Assembly: GCF_009914755.1 (NCBI RefSeq)
Contig: NC_060944.1
DNA length: 64,000 bases
Strand: one strand, 5' to 3'
From: the human T2T-CHM13v2.0 reference genome, Homo sapiens
Numbering within the stretch: position 1 is the first letter of the stretch; every line of letters starts with the position of its first letter. The translations under genes were made by a program, and so were the position numbers. Below, one piece after another: positions 12,846 to 27,950 of this stretch. The notes beneath the pieces were generated by a model. The model searched no databases and was not told the DNA's origin. It worked only from the letters and a program-made list of their open reading frames with translations.

Positions 12846-14338
12846 TTATGCAGAACAGCATCTTGACTGTCTCCTGGGCCTGCGTTCATAGAGCTGAGGC
12901 AGTTGCTGTCCCCTTCTGTTTCAGCACGAGTCTCTATGCTTCAGTGTTTTATAGTATTTACTCCTAATTATGGGAAAGTTCCTTTTTAATCCATTATTTT
13001 TAACTCTTTCCTAATTTAATCCCGACGTAAAGAATCTTTTGAAGAGCCTGTAATGGCACTAGAAAAATGCTTACTGGAGTCATGGATGACAGTGACTGAA
13101 AGCAGCCCAGCTGGTGTCCCCGCGACCCTCCGTGTGACTAGAGAGAAACACTGATTCATAGGAAGCACCGGTGGGCACTGGAAAGCCCGGGTTCCCCTTG
13201 TCTTCCACTTCCACCACTCAGAAGAGTTTTCTCGAAAACTGACCAAATCATCCAGCAAAAGATGCAGCCTCAGACTTTCAGCCTAGACACTGATCCCCTC
13301 ATCTGGTTGAATGTGTCGAGGTAACTAAGAATAGCTTGGACCAAGCAGGGCATGTTTCTAAAGCTGCAATTGTGGCAATGACCACAACTCCTGTTATCGG
13401 GCCGTGCAGTTCCGCACAATATCCGGCACAGCTGTGGGCTCTGGCAGCAGCCAGCCTAGCGCTGGCGGCTTAATTAGGCTTTTTATCTTTACATTTGTCT
13501 GAGGACATCTGAAACCTTCAGTGTGGCCTGTCACTAATTAGGTGACTAATTAAATAGTCAGTGCTTCCTTGCTGATCTCAGAGCTCAACCGCAATGGACA
13601 GGTTTGTGATTGTGACTCCCCGTCCTGTCGGTCTCTGCACGTGTGCGCCTCGCAATTGCCCTGTTCATTGCGCTGTGCAAAAACGGCATGGGAGCGAGGC
13701 CCAGGGCATGTGCAGGGCCGTCCTCCGATGTGCCCAAGCAGCAGGCAGCACGGACATCCACAGGGGGGCATATGGGAGATGGACATCCACAGGGCATACG
13801 GGACATCAGTTCTGGTGCAGAGGCTGGTCTGGTGGCCAGAGCAGAGGGGACGGTGGAAGGAGCTTTACCTGCCAGGCTCAGAGTCTCAGTCTCCCCAGGC
13901 AGCAAGAGTTGACATTCTGCCACCAGAGAATAAGGATCCAGAACTCACCCTGGTGTCACTAATCACAATGGGGTTTCCTATTCGACTCCAATATTTAAAT
14001 GTAATTAATGTTAAATAAAAGCACCTTCATTTACTGAAATTATTCACCCCTGCTCGTTTCAGTATAACTTATCTCCTCATACCCACATTAGAGACTCCCA
14101 GAACAAAAGCAAAGCAATCCACTTTGAGCAACATTAGGCCTTTTCGACGGGGGAAGATCAGCTTATTGTCCTTTTTTTGTGGGTGCTTTGTGATTCTTTG
14201 GCATTAAAGGTAAGTAGGAAATGCATTTTTCATGATCACACAAAGCACAAACCATGTACCCGGATCTGAGTCGTACACCCGCCTCCTCAGTCTTCATCAT
14301 TTGTTATTGGATGATTTTCAAATAATGACATTGGTACC

Positions 14339-14610
14339 TGTCTTGGTTTGCATTCTTTCAAACCAAGCTGAAAACAAAGCATTTGGATACAAGTAGTTTA
14401 TTTGGGAGTGATCCTAGGGAACTGCCTGAGAGCAGGGCCGTGTGACAGGGAAGTGAGGATAGCCACAAAGCCAAAAGACACCCTTGTCAGTGGGTCCCCA
14501 CTGTGGACATCTGAGGTCAGAGAATGGCCGTGGGCAGAGAGAGGCAGACAGGAGACCCCTTGCAGGTGAGCAGGTGGGTCAGGGTGAGGTGAGTAGGCCC
14601 CAGCACTATC
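14339..14610 (-). mobile_element. LTR33-like ERVL LTR fragment
   Basis: caagtagtttatttgggagtgatcctagggaa motif. Confidence 0.55.
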
Positions 14611-14892
14611 TCTGGAGTGCCCTTATGGTCCCTTAGTTTGCTTAGTTTGTTCTGTTCTTCCTTGTTAATATTCTTGAAGTTGCCTTTTACTGAAACTTTG
14701 GCATAGACGATGATGGAGAAGAAGCAAGGGTTAGGTAAGAAGGCTGTGGGGAGAGGATTTTGTGGGTTTCTTGCAGTTCTGAAGAGGACACAGGTGTACT
14801 ATCAGAAAGTTTTGCTGGAAAAGAGATGGCATTTAAGGACCTTGTCTTAGCAAATACTTTATTTCTACTTTGGGATGGAGATAAGGTTAGAA

Positions 14893-15060
14893 TCAGTAGT
14901 TTTCGAAACATAGTCTGTGGCCCAGCACCATCAGCATTACCTGGGAAGCTGTCAGAGGTGGGGATACTTAGGCCCCACTCTCCAGGGACTGAATCTGAAA
15001 CCTGGGGGTAGGGCCAGGCTCTGCTTTCCCAGCCCTCCAGGGAAGGCGGCAGGTCAAGGA
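14893..15060. mobile_element. MER5A (further copies near 15590-15740 and 16430-16620)
   Basis: ccagcaccatcagcattacctgggaagctgtcaga...ggccccactc...actgaatctgaaacc. Confidence 0.6.
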
Positions 15061-18000
15061 AGTCAGAAGCGACGGTGGAGTGGAGAGGGCCCAGGAGAGT
15101 GATTCCAAAACGCAGAACTTCAGTCTCCTCACCTGTGCTGCAGGGAAGGCACCCAGAATCCCTCCTCACACACCAGCCTGAGCATACAGTCAGGTAGCAA
15201 ATGTCAAGCATCTGTCCAAAGGCCTAGTGCTGACACTTGTTAGACGGACACCTCCCCACTAATTAAATTTGCATGTCTAGATCCCCATGGAAGCCTGCAT
15301 TGACTTTCAAAGGCGGGAAGTGGCTGGGGAGCTGGAGTCTCCTCCACGTGGAGGATGCCCTCTTCCCCGAGGACTGGGGGAGCCGGAGGTGCTTCCCACC
15401 CGCAGCTGCATCTGACTCCTGGTGAGACGTTCCCTGGAGTCTGCAGAACATCCTCCTAAGAGACTCATGTCTCTCAGATATTTAATGGGATCATAAACTT
15501 CCTTCATAGAAACTTACATTAAACTCTCCCCTCCTTTCTTGAGACTCCCAAACTCTCAGGAGCCTCTCAGTTTTCTCTCCTCCTTGAACAGAGGCTCTCA
15601 AAGTGCCGTCCCTGGCCCAGCAGTATGGACATCACTTGGGAACTGTTAGAAATGCAGATTTTCAGGCCCCACCCAGACCTCCTGCATCAGAAACACTCTG
15701 GGAATCAGGCCCAGCAATGTGTGTCTTCACGAGACCTGCAGGGACACACTCGGCCAATGCCACCAGGCCGATGTGGTGTTTACCCTTCCTGCACCATCCT
15801 CCCATCCCCACTTTTCTCATGGGCAGCCTCACTCCCAAAAAAGCAAAGGCATCATACACCCTCAGCTGTGCACCCTTTCCCACTTCCTCAGCTCTGCACC
15901 TGCCAGCCACTTTATTTCCTCCCTGCGGAGGGAGGATTAGGGCCATAATTCTTTTATCTTGGCGCACATAAAATGATGCACAAGAGGATTGAGGGAATAA
16001 GGACATATCAAACTGCCCCCCAACTTACAGCATTTGATGTTGGGTGGAAATTTGGAAGGGAAGCCCAGAAACAGCCCCGCCTGAAAACACAGGCATGAGG
16101 GCCCTCCAGTAGAGGTGACAGGTGGTCCTCGTTGCTGGGGAGTGGGAAGACCGTGAGCCTCTGTGTGAGACCCAGAGCAGGCAAAGCCATCTATGCAGCA
16201 GATGGCTTCTGGAGACCAGGTTTCTCTCTAAGTGTACTTCTCTGAAGATAATGCCTTTCAAACAGATAATCCAACACTTACCAGTATAGTAAGACATAGG
16301 CTTGAAAAAAATGGTTTGAATTCTCCTTTTTATTTTAAGAACTTGTGGTGGAGGAAAATGTTGTGAATCACCTTTTGAGATTTTAGGGTTAATATTAAGT
16401 AACTGTTTCTATAAGCAACAGATTGCAAAAGTTCCAGGCTCTACAATTCTGCACATCACAGCCACTTGGATAGGGATGGGGAGGGTTGTACAAATACAGT
16501 GTCCTGGGACCCTGTTCCTGGAGTTACAATTCAGTAGGCCTGGGGTGGGTTTCAGGAATATGTACAGTATTTTTAATAGAATCCCCAGGTAATTCCAACA
16601 TGCAGGTGGGTTTAGGAGCCATTTTTATAGACATTTGCTCAAAATTGGCAGTCTCATCTATAAGGAAACCTATTTCCCCCTGTAATTGCTCATTGTAACT
16701 AACTCATTTTTATGGGCTTGTTTTCCAAACCACATTTTCTAATTCTTAGTGAATCATATAACTTCTAAGTCACATCATTACTTTGGGGCTTACCAGGCCT
16801 AATTTTTAAGTTATTATTAACATTATATAGCTGAACCCATATTCATAGTATTAACATGCTAAATTGGACCTAGCAGAAAGCATTTCACGAAGTCTCATGC
16901 TTAAACTATCACCATTAAGAAGGAAGGCCCAAGAAAAAACCTGCCCATGTGGTGTTAGTAAAGCCTTGCTAATAGCCAGCATTTGCCCAAAACACAAAGC
17001 TCTTCTTCATCCTCCCCAACCAGAAGTGATCCCACTGGATTTTGAATTCCCATAATGTTCCATGATTCCATCCTTAAGGAACAAATTGATTTGTGTCTTG
17101 TATTTTGCCATCTCTCATGTGCAAGGGCTTTCTGGCTTGTCTTTGATAGCTACCATCTTGGTATTTACATCTGGTATGTGCTCAGTATATATAAACATAT
17201 GCTTAAAGTATAAATGTATAATGTTTTTACTTCCTAGACATAGATAAAAACATCATTAATCATTTCCCCTAAATTATAAAGGAAAGCTCAATTTCATTTT
17301 CATCTGTTTTGCCAGAACTCCCAAATTTTATTCTTATCTTTTCAATTGACATTTCAAGAATGGCATGCATTTTCATTTTTTCAGTAAGGATTTATGTGTT
17401 TATTTTGTGATACATAAGTTTTTTATCTGAGATCCTGAACTTCTACCTAGCCCCTTATCCTGGCCACCATGCCCCTCCCCTGCCAGGTCCCCGAGGACTC
17501 CAGAGAGCACCCAGGGCCCTCCAGGCAGACACTTCTACCTTAGTGTCGGGTCCAGGGTTGAGTCACACCCAGACTCAGGGTACCTTACGAGACTTGCTCC
17601 TTGCCCCGTTTCTCCAGGTCGCATCCTCATTCCTACAGGAGCTCCAGGACCAGGGAGCTCTGAGCCACCCAAGGTGGAGCTGGGCAAGATGGCACCCAAG
17701 AGAAGAGAGAAGTAGGGTCAGGGAGAGAGCTTGTAACCTCTGTCTCACCCCACGAACTGCCCACTCCCTTCTAGATGTGTTCAGAATCCTCCATCCCACA
17801 CCTCCTCTGTGGATCTCTCTCTTCGGTCTCCCCCTGGAGGTCAGAGTGTGTCATGACCAACAACTTTGTGGCCATGGATGCAGCTGCCGTTTAATTTTTA
17901 CTAACAACAAAAATGGATTGAGTACTATTAACACACTCGAACAAATACCCCATAACTCCTTAATATCATCTAATACCAGTCCGTGCTCAGTTTTCCCAGT

Positions 18001-19599
18001 GGTCTTAAAATTGTTCTTTTACAGTTAGTTGGTTTGGATAAGGATGCAAACCAGGTCCAACTACTGCATTTGGTTAATGTGCCCCTGAAATCTCTTTAAT
18101 ACTTAACAGTTTCCTGCACCTTCCCCGTTTTCTGAAATTCATTTTCTTGTTAGGTTCTTGCATGTTAGAGAATTTAAGATGAAATAATACAATGTGTGGT
18201 GTTTACTCCAACCACTACAGTGTTGGTGAGTATTTTCAAAGCAGCACAATATTAGTCATTGCTAAGCTTTTTTCACCTCGTGTATATTTAAAATCCTCCA
18301 AAATAAAAATTTTTTTAAAATAAACAAATTAAATTAATGGCTCAGGACCTTGTCCAAAAGTCTCTTATGATTTAAACAGAAAAAAATATTGCTAAAGAAA
18401 GTTAAATTTTTTTCAGGGAAAAACTGGTAGATTCTCTTACTCTGCTGTGTACTTAACAATAAATATTTTGTGTGGATTTGTTTTGCCTCTGATATTGGAA
18501 GTTCACAGAGCTCCCAACTTCTAAACTCCACCTATAGTATTTTATGGCATGTGTTGTTGTTAAGACTGAATTAAATCTGAGTTATTTTTTAACTAGTAGA
18601 ATATGTAGATAGGTTAAATATCTATCACGAGCTAGGATTTATTTTCATTGGCAAATATTTTTGTCACTGTTTTGAACCATTCAGAAAGCAGAGGTTTTAG
18701 TAAATTAAATTGAAACATTTAGATCGATGTGGGATAATAATTTTTTCTCTACATTATCTATTTGTTCAAATAACAGCATTAATTAAAGCAGTTAATTAAA
18801 TCACTTGCTTTGGTTGCGTTTGCTATGCCTGCACCCTGCAGACACGCACAGCACACACAAAATCAGCTAGAAAATAACTAGCGATCGCCTAGCAGGCCGA
18901 CATGTATCTACTGCCCAGAAGGGTAAGCACCATGAAAAGTTTTATGTTTCTTTTATCATGTTCACAATAAATGGGCAATGTGACCCTCTTTATTTGAAGG
19001 ATAAGGATGTTTAGACCTAATTTTGTAGCTGTCCTCCTGAAGCATGGAATGAAACACAATACCTTTTACTTATTTCCCTGGATACCCTAATCCCTCCCTG
19101 CTTTACAAGTATCTTTGAGCTGTTCCTCCCTTTGTATCCACAGCAACGTGAAATCCCCACTGGAATTATTTGCTGTGAAAATGCAGGTGCCCTTGTTTAA
19201 TGTTTCATTGGCTTGAGCACTTAACTTGAAACTTTTTTTTTTTTTCATGATATGGTGACCTTTGATTTTGGAGCTGAGGGCTCACGGTGATGTTAGATAT
19301 TGTTTATATACATTAAGCCAACACCATTAGATCTGAGCTTTATCTGTGGTTCTGCTGTTCCTGCCATTTCATCAAATGCATGCCCAAATGCAAGCTGTAC
19401 TCCGTGACCCACTGTTCTATTTGAAGGAACTTTTTGAATATTCATAGGCAATCAAATTAAAAATCAGTCTATTAGACTTATGTATTATAAACTTCATGAC
19501 TTTAGACCAATACTCTTACATAGTTATAGATTTAAGAAATTAAATATTTAGACACTGCTAAATCGGATTATAGAGAGAACCATCACAGCAAAAATATGA

Positions 19600-20470
19600 G
19601 GTTGGAGAAAGAAATGAAAATGCTGGTGATATTTTCATATAAAGTCATGAAAGGGCAGGGAACCTTCTCTGAATAGCAAGGAGGTTGATGTTACAAAGAA
19701 TGTCGGGGAAGTTTGCTTAGGCCCAGCCAGAAGGACCTTTATGCCACACTAGGGAATTTGGGCTGAACAGTTTGGTAATAAAAACACTTACCATTTATTG
19801 AAAATGTACTATGCAGAGGCGATATTTTAAGCATTTTACAGACAATGATGCATTTAATCTTCACAGAACTCCTAAGAAGCATTAGGTTCTAGAGCCACAG
19901 AGAGGTCAAATAACTTGCAAAGGTCAAAAAGCTAGAAGTGCTAGAGCTGGGAGTGGCACTGAGGCAGTCCGACTTCTGAGACCGGGATCTTAATGAGTCT
20001 GATCTGCAGCTACCTTGGTAAAATCTCTACCAAGAACAAAGGTAGGGATTTTAAAACCGGAAACCGTTGAGATTTTATTTAATTTAAAAAGAGGTTTCCA
20101 GTAGCTGTGTGGAAGATGGGCAGAAGAGAGAGACTCAAGCCAGAGAGACAAACCCTCTAGACAAGATGGTGAACTAAGGCAGTGTGTTATAGGAGGGGCG
20201 GGTTGTGGGGGCATTCAAGAGATGTGGACAAGGTCAAGTGATTGGACATGGTGGCCAAAGTGTGTAGTGGGAAGGAGCCTGAGACTGGCTGCCAAATTCC
20301 TAGCTCTAGAGGTGGTTAGTTGGCCAAAGCTTTGATGGAGATAGAGGAGGAGTGGGATGAGGCGACCAAGAGCTTTGTTTGGGCACATATTAAATTTGAC
20401 ACCCCCCTGGAGCATGCCAGTTAGGGCTGATAGGCATTTAGAAATTAGATTTAGAGCTCAGAAGAATCAC
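19600..20470 (+). mobile_element. L2 fragments interrupted by a MIR (~19780-19990)
   Basis: L2-like text aggacctttatgccacactagggaatttgg and tttgggcacatattaaatttga; MIR core cacagagaggtcaaataacttgc. Confidence 0.55.
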
Positions 20471-20929
20471 TGTAGTATAGTACATTGTAGTAAATGTGTA
20501 AGAGGAAGTCCTGGTGGTGGATAACATCACCCAGGGAAATAGGCATGAAGCTTGGGAAGCTTGGCTAGGGAGAAATGGACAAAGGAGGAGGAGCTGGTAA
20601 AACAGTCATGAAAGACAGCCTCAAGACAGTGTTGTCCCAGACAGGAGGTTCTGTGGCAACAGCTCCTGGGGGAGGCCTCCTGCATGGCCCCAGCTCTCAG
20701 TGTTTCCTCCACCCCTGCTCCTTTAGGCCCAGGATCAGTGATGGCACCCACTGCTGCTAGACCCTGGGTACTCTCCTTCCCTCTTTGTCCCTGTAACCCT
20801 GCATACACAGCTGCCTTCATTCAGTAAGACCTTGTGGAGTCCGCCATCTTTTTTTTTTTTGCCTGGATCCTGATTAATAAGGATCTTCTCATATCCCCAG
20901 CTCATCCTTCCTCCATGAGTCAATGAAAA

Positions 20930-21330
20930 TAGAGACTTCTAATTGCCTCCCAGTATTCATTCTGCACTTGGTGACAAAACCCTGGGGACTGTGGTTCTTT
21001 GAAACATCACTGTGTTTTCTTTGAAAAACTACATTTTCCAGACTCCCTGCTTCTCCCTGGCCATGTCACTGAGTTCTGGCTAGGTAAGCAGAAATGTGGG
21101 ACTTTCAGGAAGTCTCCTTAATAGGCAGCACTCTCTGCCCATTTCTCCTTCCTCTGCCTGTAATGTGGCTGTGATGGCTGGAGCTCCAGGAGCTACCTTG
21201 AACCTGAGGTGACCCTGAAAATGGAAATCACACATGGAGAAGCAGAGAAGCAGGTCATGGGCCCAGCTGCCTAGCTGACTCTGTGGATCCGTCCTATCAG
21301 CACGAAACTGGTGATGTCCAGGTGTCTTAA
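20930..21330 (+). mobile_element. Old ERVL/MaLR LTR (LTR16/MLT1-like)
   Basis: actacattttccagactccc ... gatggctggagctccaggagctaccttg. Confidence 0.5.
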
Positions 21331-23264
21331 GTATAGTTTTAAGAGAAATTTGCTCTCAGAGGGATTGAGAGAGATCAAAGAGGAACTTGAAGAGAAGATA
21401 GGTTTAATGGGGAGACATGTCTCTTCTGACTCAGGGGAATGGAAGAACGCTCTAGACATGGTAAGAAGGAAACATAAAAATGCCTGGTGACCAGTCCCCA
21501 TTTTCTTTATGACATAGGAGATGTGCTCACCCGAGTATGAGGAAGGGGGATAGTAAGGATAACAAGAGGGGTTACAGTAGAGAACTTGAAGGTTGGAGAA
21601 AGGCCCAGAACAGCAACAATGAAGAATGTAAAAAGATTTCAACTTGGGCTAAAGAAAAAGAGTGGAAACCTGTTTTTTAATGTATTAAAATTCAAAAAAT
21701 GCCTCTATCCCCCAAAAAATCTTTGTACTATATCATTATAGGTTAGGTTTTTTAAAAAACTACTTTGTTGTTTTGGGGAAATTTTAAATTGTACAACAGC
21801 ATAATTTAGGATAATGCAATGTGGTAGTTTGGTAATTTATAAATCATCTGATCCATGTTGTTCGATAATTCAAATGATTCAAAACCAAATGGACAGTCTT
21901 TGTAGTGAAAGATGTAGCTGGATAATTATTAAGCCTTCTACTTACATAGAGATGTAAAAAAGGCCTATATATAACTATTATTGGTGTAACATAAACCACA
22001 TATCTATCATATAGCACCCAAAGCTGGGGTAAATTTTAACTGCTTGTGAGTATAAACACATTATTATTATTATTATTAGCATTTTTCATTAAATGGTAAT
22101 AAATAAGAGACAAGTAATCAGTGTGTACTTGCAGACTGTCAGCCATAAGTAGCTGGGTTAATTGTGACCTTTATGTTATTTGAAGATATTAAAATTTTTT
22201 ATTCTTATTATTAGAGGATAAGATGTGCTCAGTTTTCTTCTTATCAAATAAGAATATTCATTCTTAAATGACACTCATCCTTAGAGACTTTAGAGCAAAA
22301 CCTCTCATAATATTGAGCTATTTTTAAATGTCAGGTTCAGTTGAGTTTATTGCATTTCTGGCCTGCGCCATCACCAAAAGTCTCCTGCTTTTAGTGCTAC
22401 TCAACAGATTGTCAGTAAATTGATAGCAGTTCCACATTTGGAACATTTCCAATCTTCTCATGGGAAAGGAGGGCAGGTGTTTCTCTCTGACTTGGTGAAG
22501 GCTTCTTTTTTGGCATTTGGTTGATTGAAGGGGAGGTGTGAACTAAGAAGAGATTTTAGAAAAAAAAATCTCATCAGCATGAACCCTATGAAAAGATCAG
22601 CTCACCCGTGAAATTTTACTGACTTTAACCAGGGGGTGGATTTGCAGCAAGAGCATCTTAAATCCTGATGGGCAAACACGGAGTGAGCCTTGAGCATGTG
22701 AGTTCTTCAGAAGTCTCTACTTAGGTGCACTTTACCTGTAGGACTAGTTAGAGGGAGTATTGTGGGTGCCTGGAGCAGGGCGCTGCCTAGGGCCAGCAGG
22801 CCTGGCTTTCTTTCATAGCTGGCACTGCTTATGAGCTTTGTAACCTTGAACAAATTACTTACCATTTCCAACCTTGATTTTCTTACCTATGAAATGTGGA
22901 TCAGAAAAACCGGTCTCTTCCCTATCCCTAGCATAAATTGTGTAGAAGATTAATCTCTATGTGAATGCCTATGAATGTGCCTTGGGCTCTGGAAAGCCTG
23001 ATGCAAATATAAAGCAGTTTTGCTCTTAAAAAGGAATCCTCTAGAATTTCCTCGCAGATGACACTTTTTGGTATCCTGATTTGAGTAACTGTGTGTATCT
23101 GAATGTAATAAAGCTAATGTCAGCCAATGGGAATTAGATGACCTTTGGATCCCTCTGAACAATTTGAGATCTACAGGACAGTACAGGCAGAGGTAAGGTG
23201 AGAGGATGCTGGAGCCAGGCATCCTGGGTTCAAACCCTGCCTCCAGACTTACTAGCTATATGGT

Positions 23265-25884
<2,620 letters not shown>

Positions 25885-26390
25885 ATGGTCTTCGCAAATT
25901 ACTTGCTTCAGTTCCACCTAAAAAAAATAGGGATAATAGTATTACTGACCTGACTGGATTCCTGTAAGGACTAGATGGGGTAATGAGCCATGCAAAAGGC
26001 TTGACTGGAAGCAGTCATCAGGGTTAAGCTGCGATTGTTATGCTTCCAAGCAGTTTATTATTAATAGAAGTAGTCTAAAATTTAAACTTCATACTAAATT
26101 TACCTCCCTCCCAATTTGTTTTAGTTTTACTTTGAAAAGCACATTTTAAAAACCTGTCTCATTACTAATGTGTAGCTTTTTGGAAGATTCTATAGTTAGC
26201 AGCTCCAGCGCCATCTTCCTTTTTTCCTTGAAATGGTTGGTTCTATCTGAAGGTTCGTGCAAAGAATTAGTAGCTCCAAAAGCAATTCAACAGTTGGATG
26301 ACACGTGATATAAAGTTAAATTGAATTATGATAAACTTTTGCTAAATTGCACTTAACTGCTTGTTCTTTTTCATTTTTCTTTTTCTTTAG

Positions 26391-26489
26391 CTCTCACATG
26401 AAGTTTAATAATCTTACCCTGATTTCAACTCATGGACTCCCAGGAAAAAAACTTCTGGACACTGAACAAAGGAAATTTTTAGCCAGCGA
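26391..26489 (+). CDS. CFAP61: CFAP61 internal coding exon (99 nt, phase 2 to 2): (C)SHMKFNNLTLISTHGLPGKKLLDTEQRKFLAS(D)
   Basis: Long U-rich tract ending ctttag; donor GA|gtatga. The split codons TG+C (Cys) and GA+C (Asp) join correctly with the flanking exons. Confidence 0.94.
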
Positions 26490-27780
26490 GTATGAATTGT
26501 ATTTGCTTTTTCATTCTGAGGCCTAAATGTCCTACTCTGTGTGCAGTCTATTTAATGCTAAATAGTAGATTTCAGATTGGAAAAGGAGAAGTGGTGGGGC
26601 TTTTCTACTGGAGTTCAGACATCACTTAGGAGATACAAGTACCAGTGTGTTCACAAGCCAGTGGCCAAGAGTGGCAGGCCAGGGCCACCAGTTTCTATCC
26701 GTGGGAAGACATCTGCCCTGTTCCAAACAATTGGGGTGGAGCCTACGGACCCAGCCAGCCCTGCCTTTGGGCTCTGAGTGACACTACAGGGCAATGAAGG
26801 TTGGTGACTACATTTGCATCTGACAGGGCGCCTGGCTGGGATATGGGTCCCACAGCTACCCTGGCCATTTGTACTCAGCAGCTGATCAGGCAAAGAACTT
26901 CCATGCCAGTCTGGGTGAGCTTTATTGTCTTCATCCCAGTAGAATCACTATTTGACAACATCTGTTCTGGAAAATACCATGTCTTTATCACATAGCTTTC
27001 ATTCATTTTAATTTCCTGTAGCAAAACATGGCTACAAGAAATATTAGTTTCTCTGCCTCTAGAAACAAGCTCCTAATTTTTCCAATAAGGAGGAAGGAAA
27101 TTGTTCCCTCCCAGGGGATTCATTTTAGATTCCATGATGAAGGGACCCTCTTTCCTCTGTGAAAAAGACTCATTTTGCCTTCGAACAATGAGAAAAAACA
27201 CAACTTCCTTGCCAGCAGAACGGGTTCGTTTCCACTTTATAATTTTATCAGACTATAAACTTTTTTTTGAAGGATGTCCTTATGATACAAAAAAGGGCAT
27301 GGGTTTGAGCCAGGAGGATGTGGATTCAGATCCTGCCCCTGCCACGAAGGGCCTGGGCAAGGAATTTCATTTCTCTGAGCTTTGCTTTTTTTGATCACGA
27401 GCAGTACACGAGAAGCCAAGCTTGCTGGATTTTTTGTTAAAATTAACATAACACCAACTTCTGGCCAAGAACACATTCTCTCCATTTCCCTCTTTCTAAA
27501 TTACACGATTCCCAGGAAATGCTGGTTTTATTGGCAAATGTCTTAAGAGGAACTTAATTCCATCAGCGTAGTGAAAGTTTCCCTCAATCCCATGTTGCGT
27601 GTGTTTCAGGAGAAAACAGCTACCGAGGGGGCTTTCTGCAGGTGTGACGCTGCGTGGGCAGACTGAGTGGGTGGAAGCCACTGGCGTCCCTGCTGCTGTC
27701 CCTGCCTCCACAGTCTCAGCACAGCAGCCAGAGCAAGGCTGCGGAAAGCTGGCTCAGATCACATCGCCTCCTCACCGCCC

Positions 27781-27950
27781 AGAACTGCACTATCCAATAT
27801 GGTGGCCACTAGCCACGTGTATTTACATTTAAATTATTAAATGAGATGAAAAAGTCGGCTCCTCACATTAGCCACATGTAGCCAGTGGCTACCACATTGG
27901 ATAGAACAGATAAGAACATTTTCATCATCGTAGAACGTGCTGTGATGCTC
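27781..27950. mobile_element. MER3/MER33-type hAT element, followed by L2 3' end (~27960-28410, minus)
   Basis: tccaatatggtggccactagccac ... gtggctaccacattggatag; L2 end acagtccttggcacatagcagatgcccagtaaat. Confidence 0.65.

Noticed and set aside
20841-20850. YY1 consensus CCGCCATCTT (also CGCCATCTT at 26209)
   Set aside because: Isolated motifs with no promoter context.
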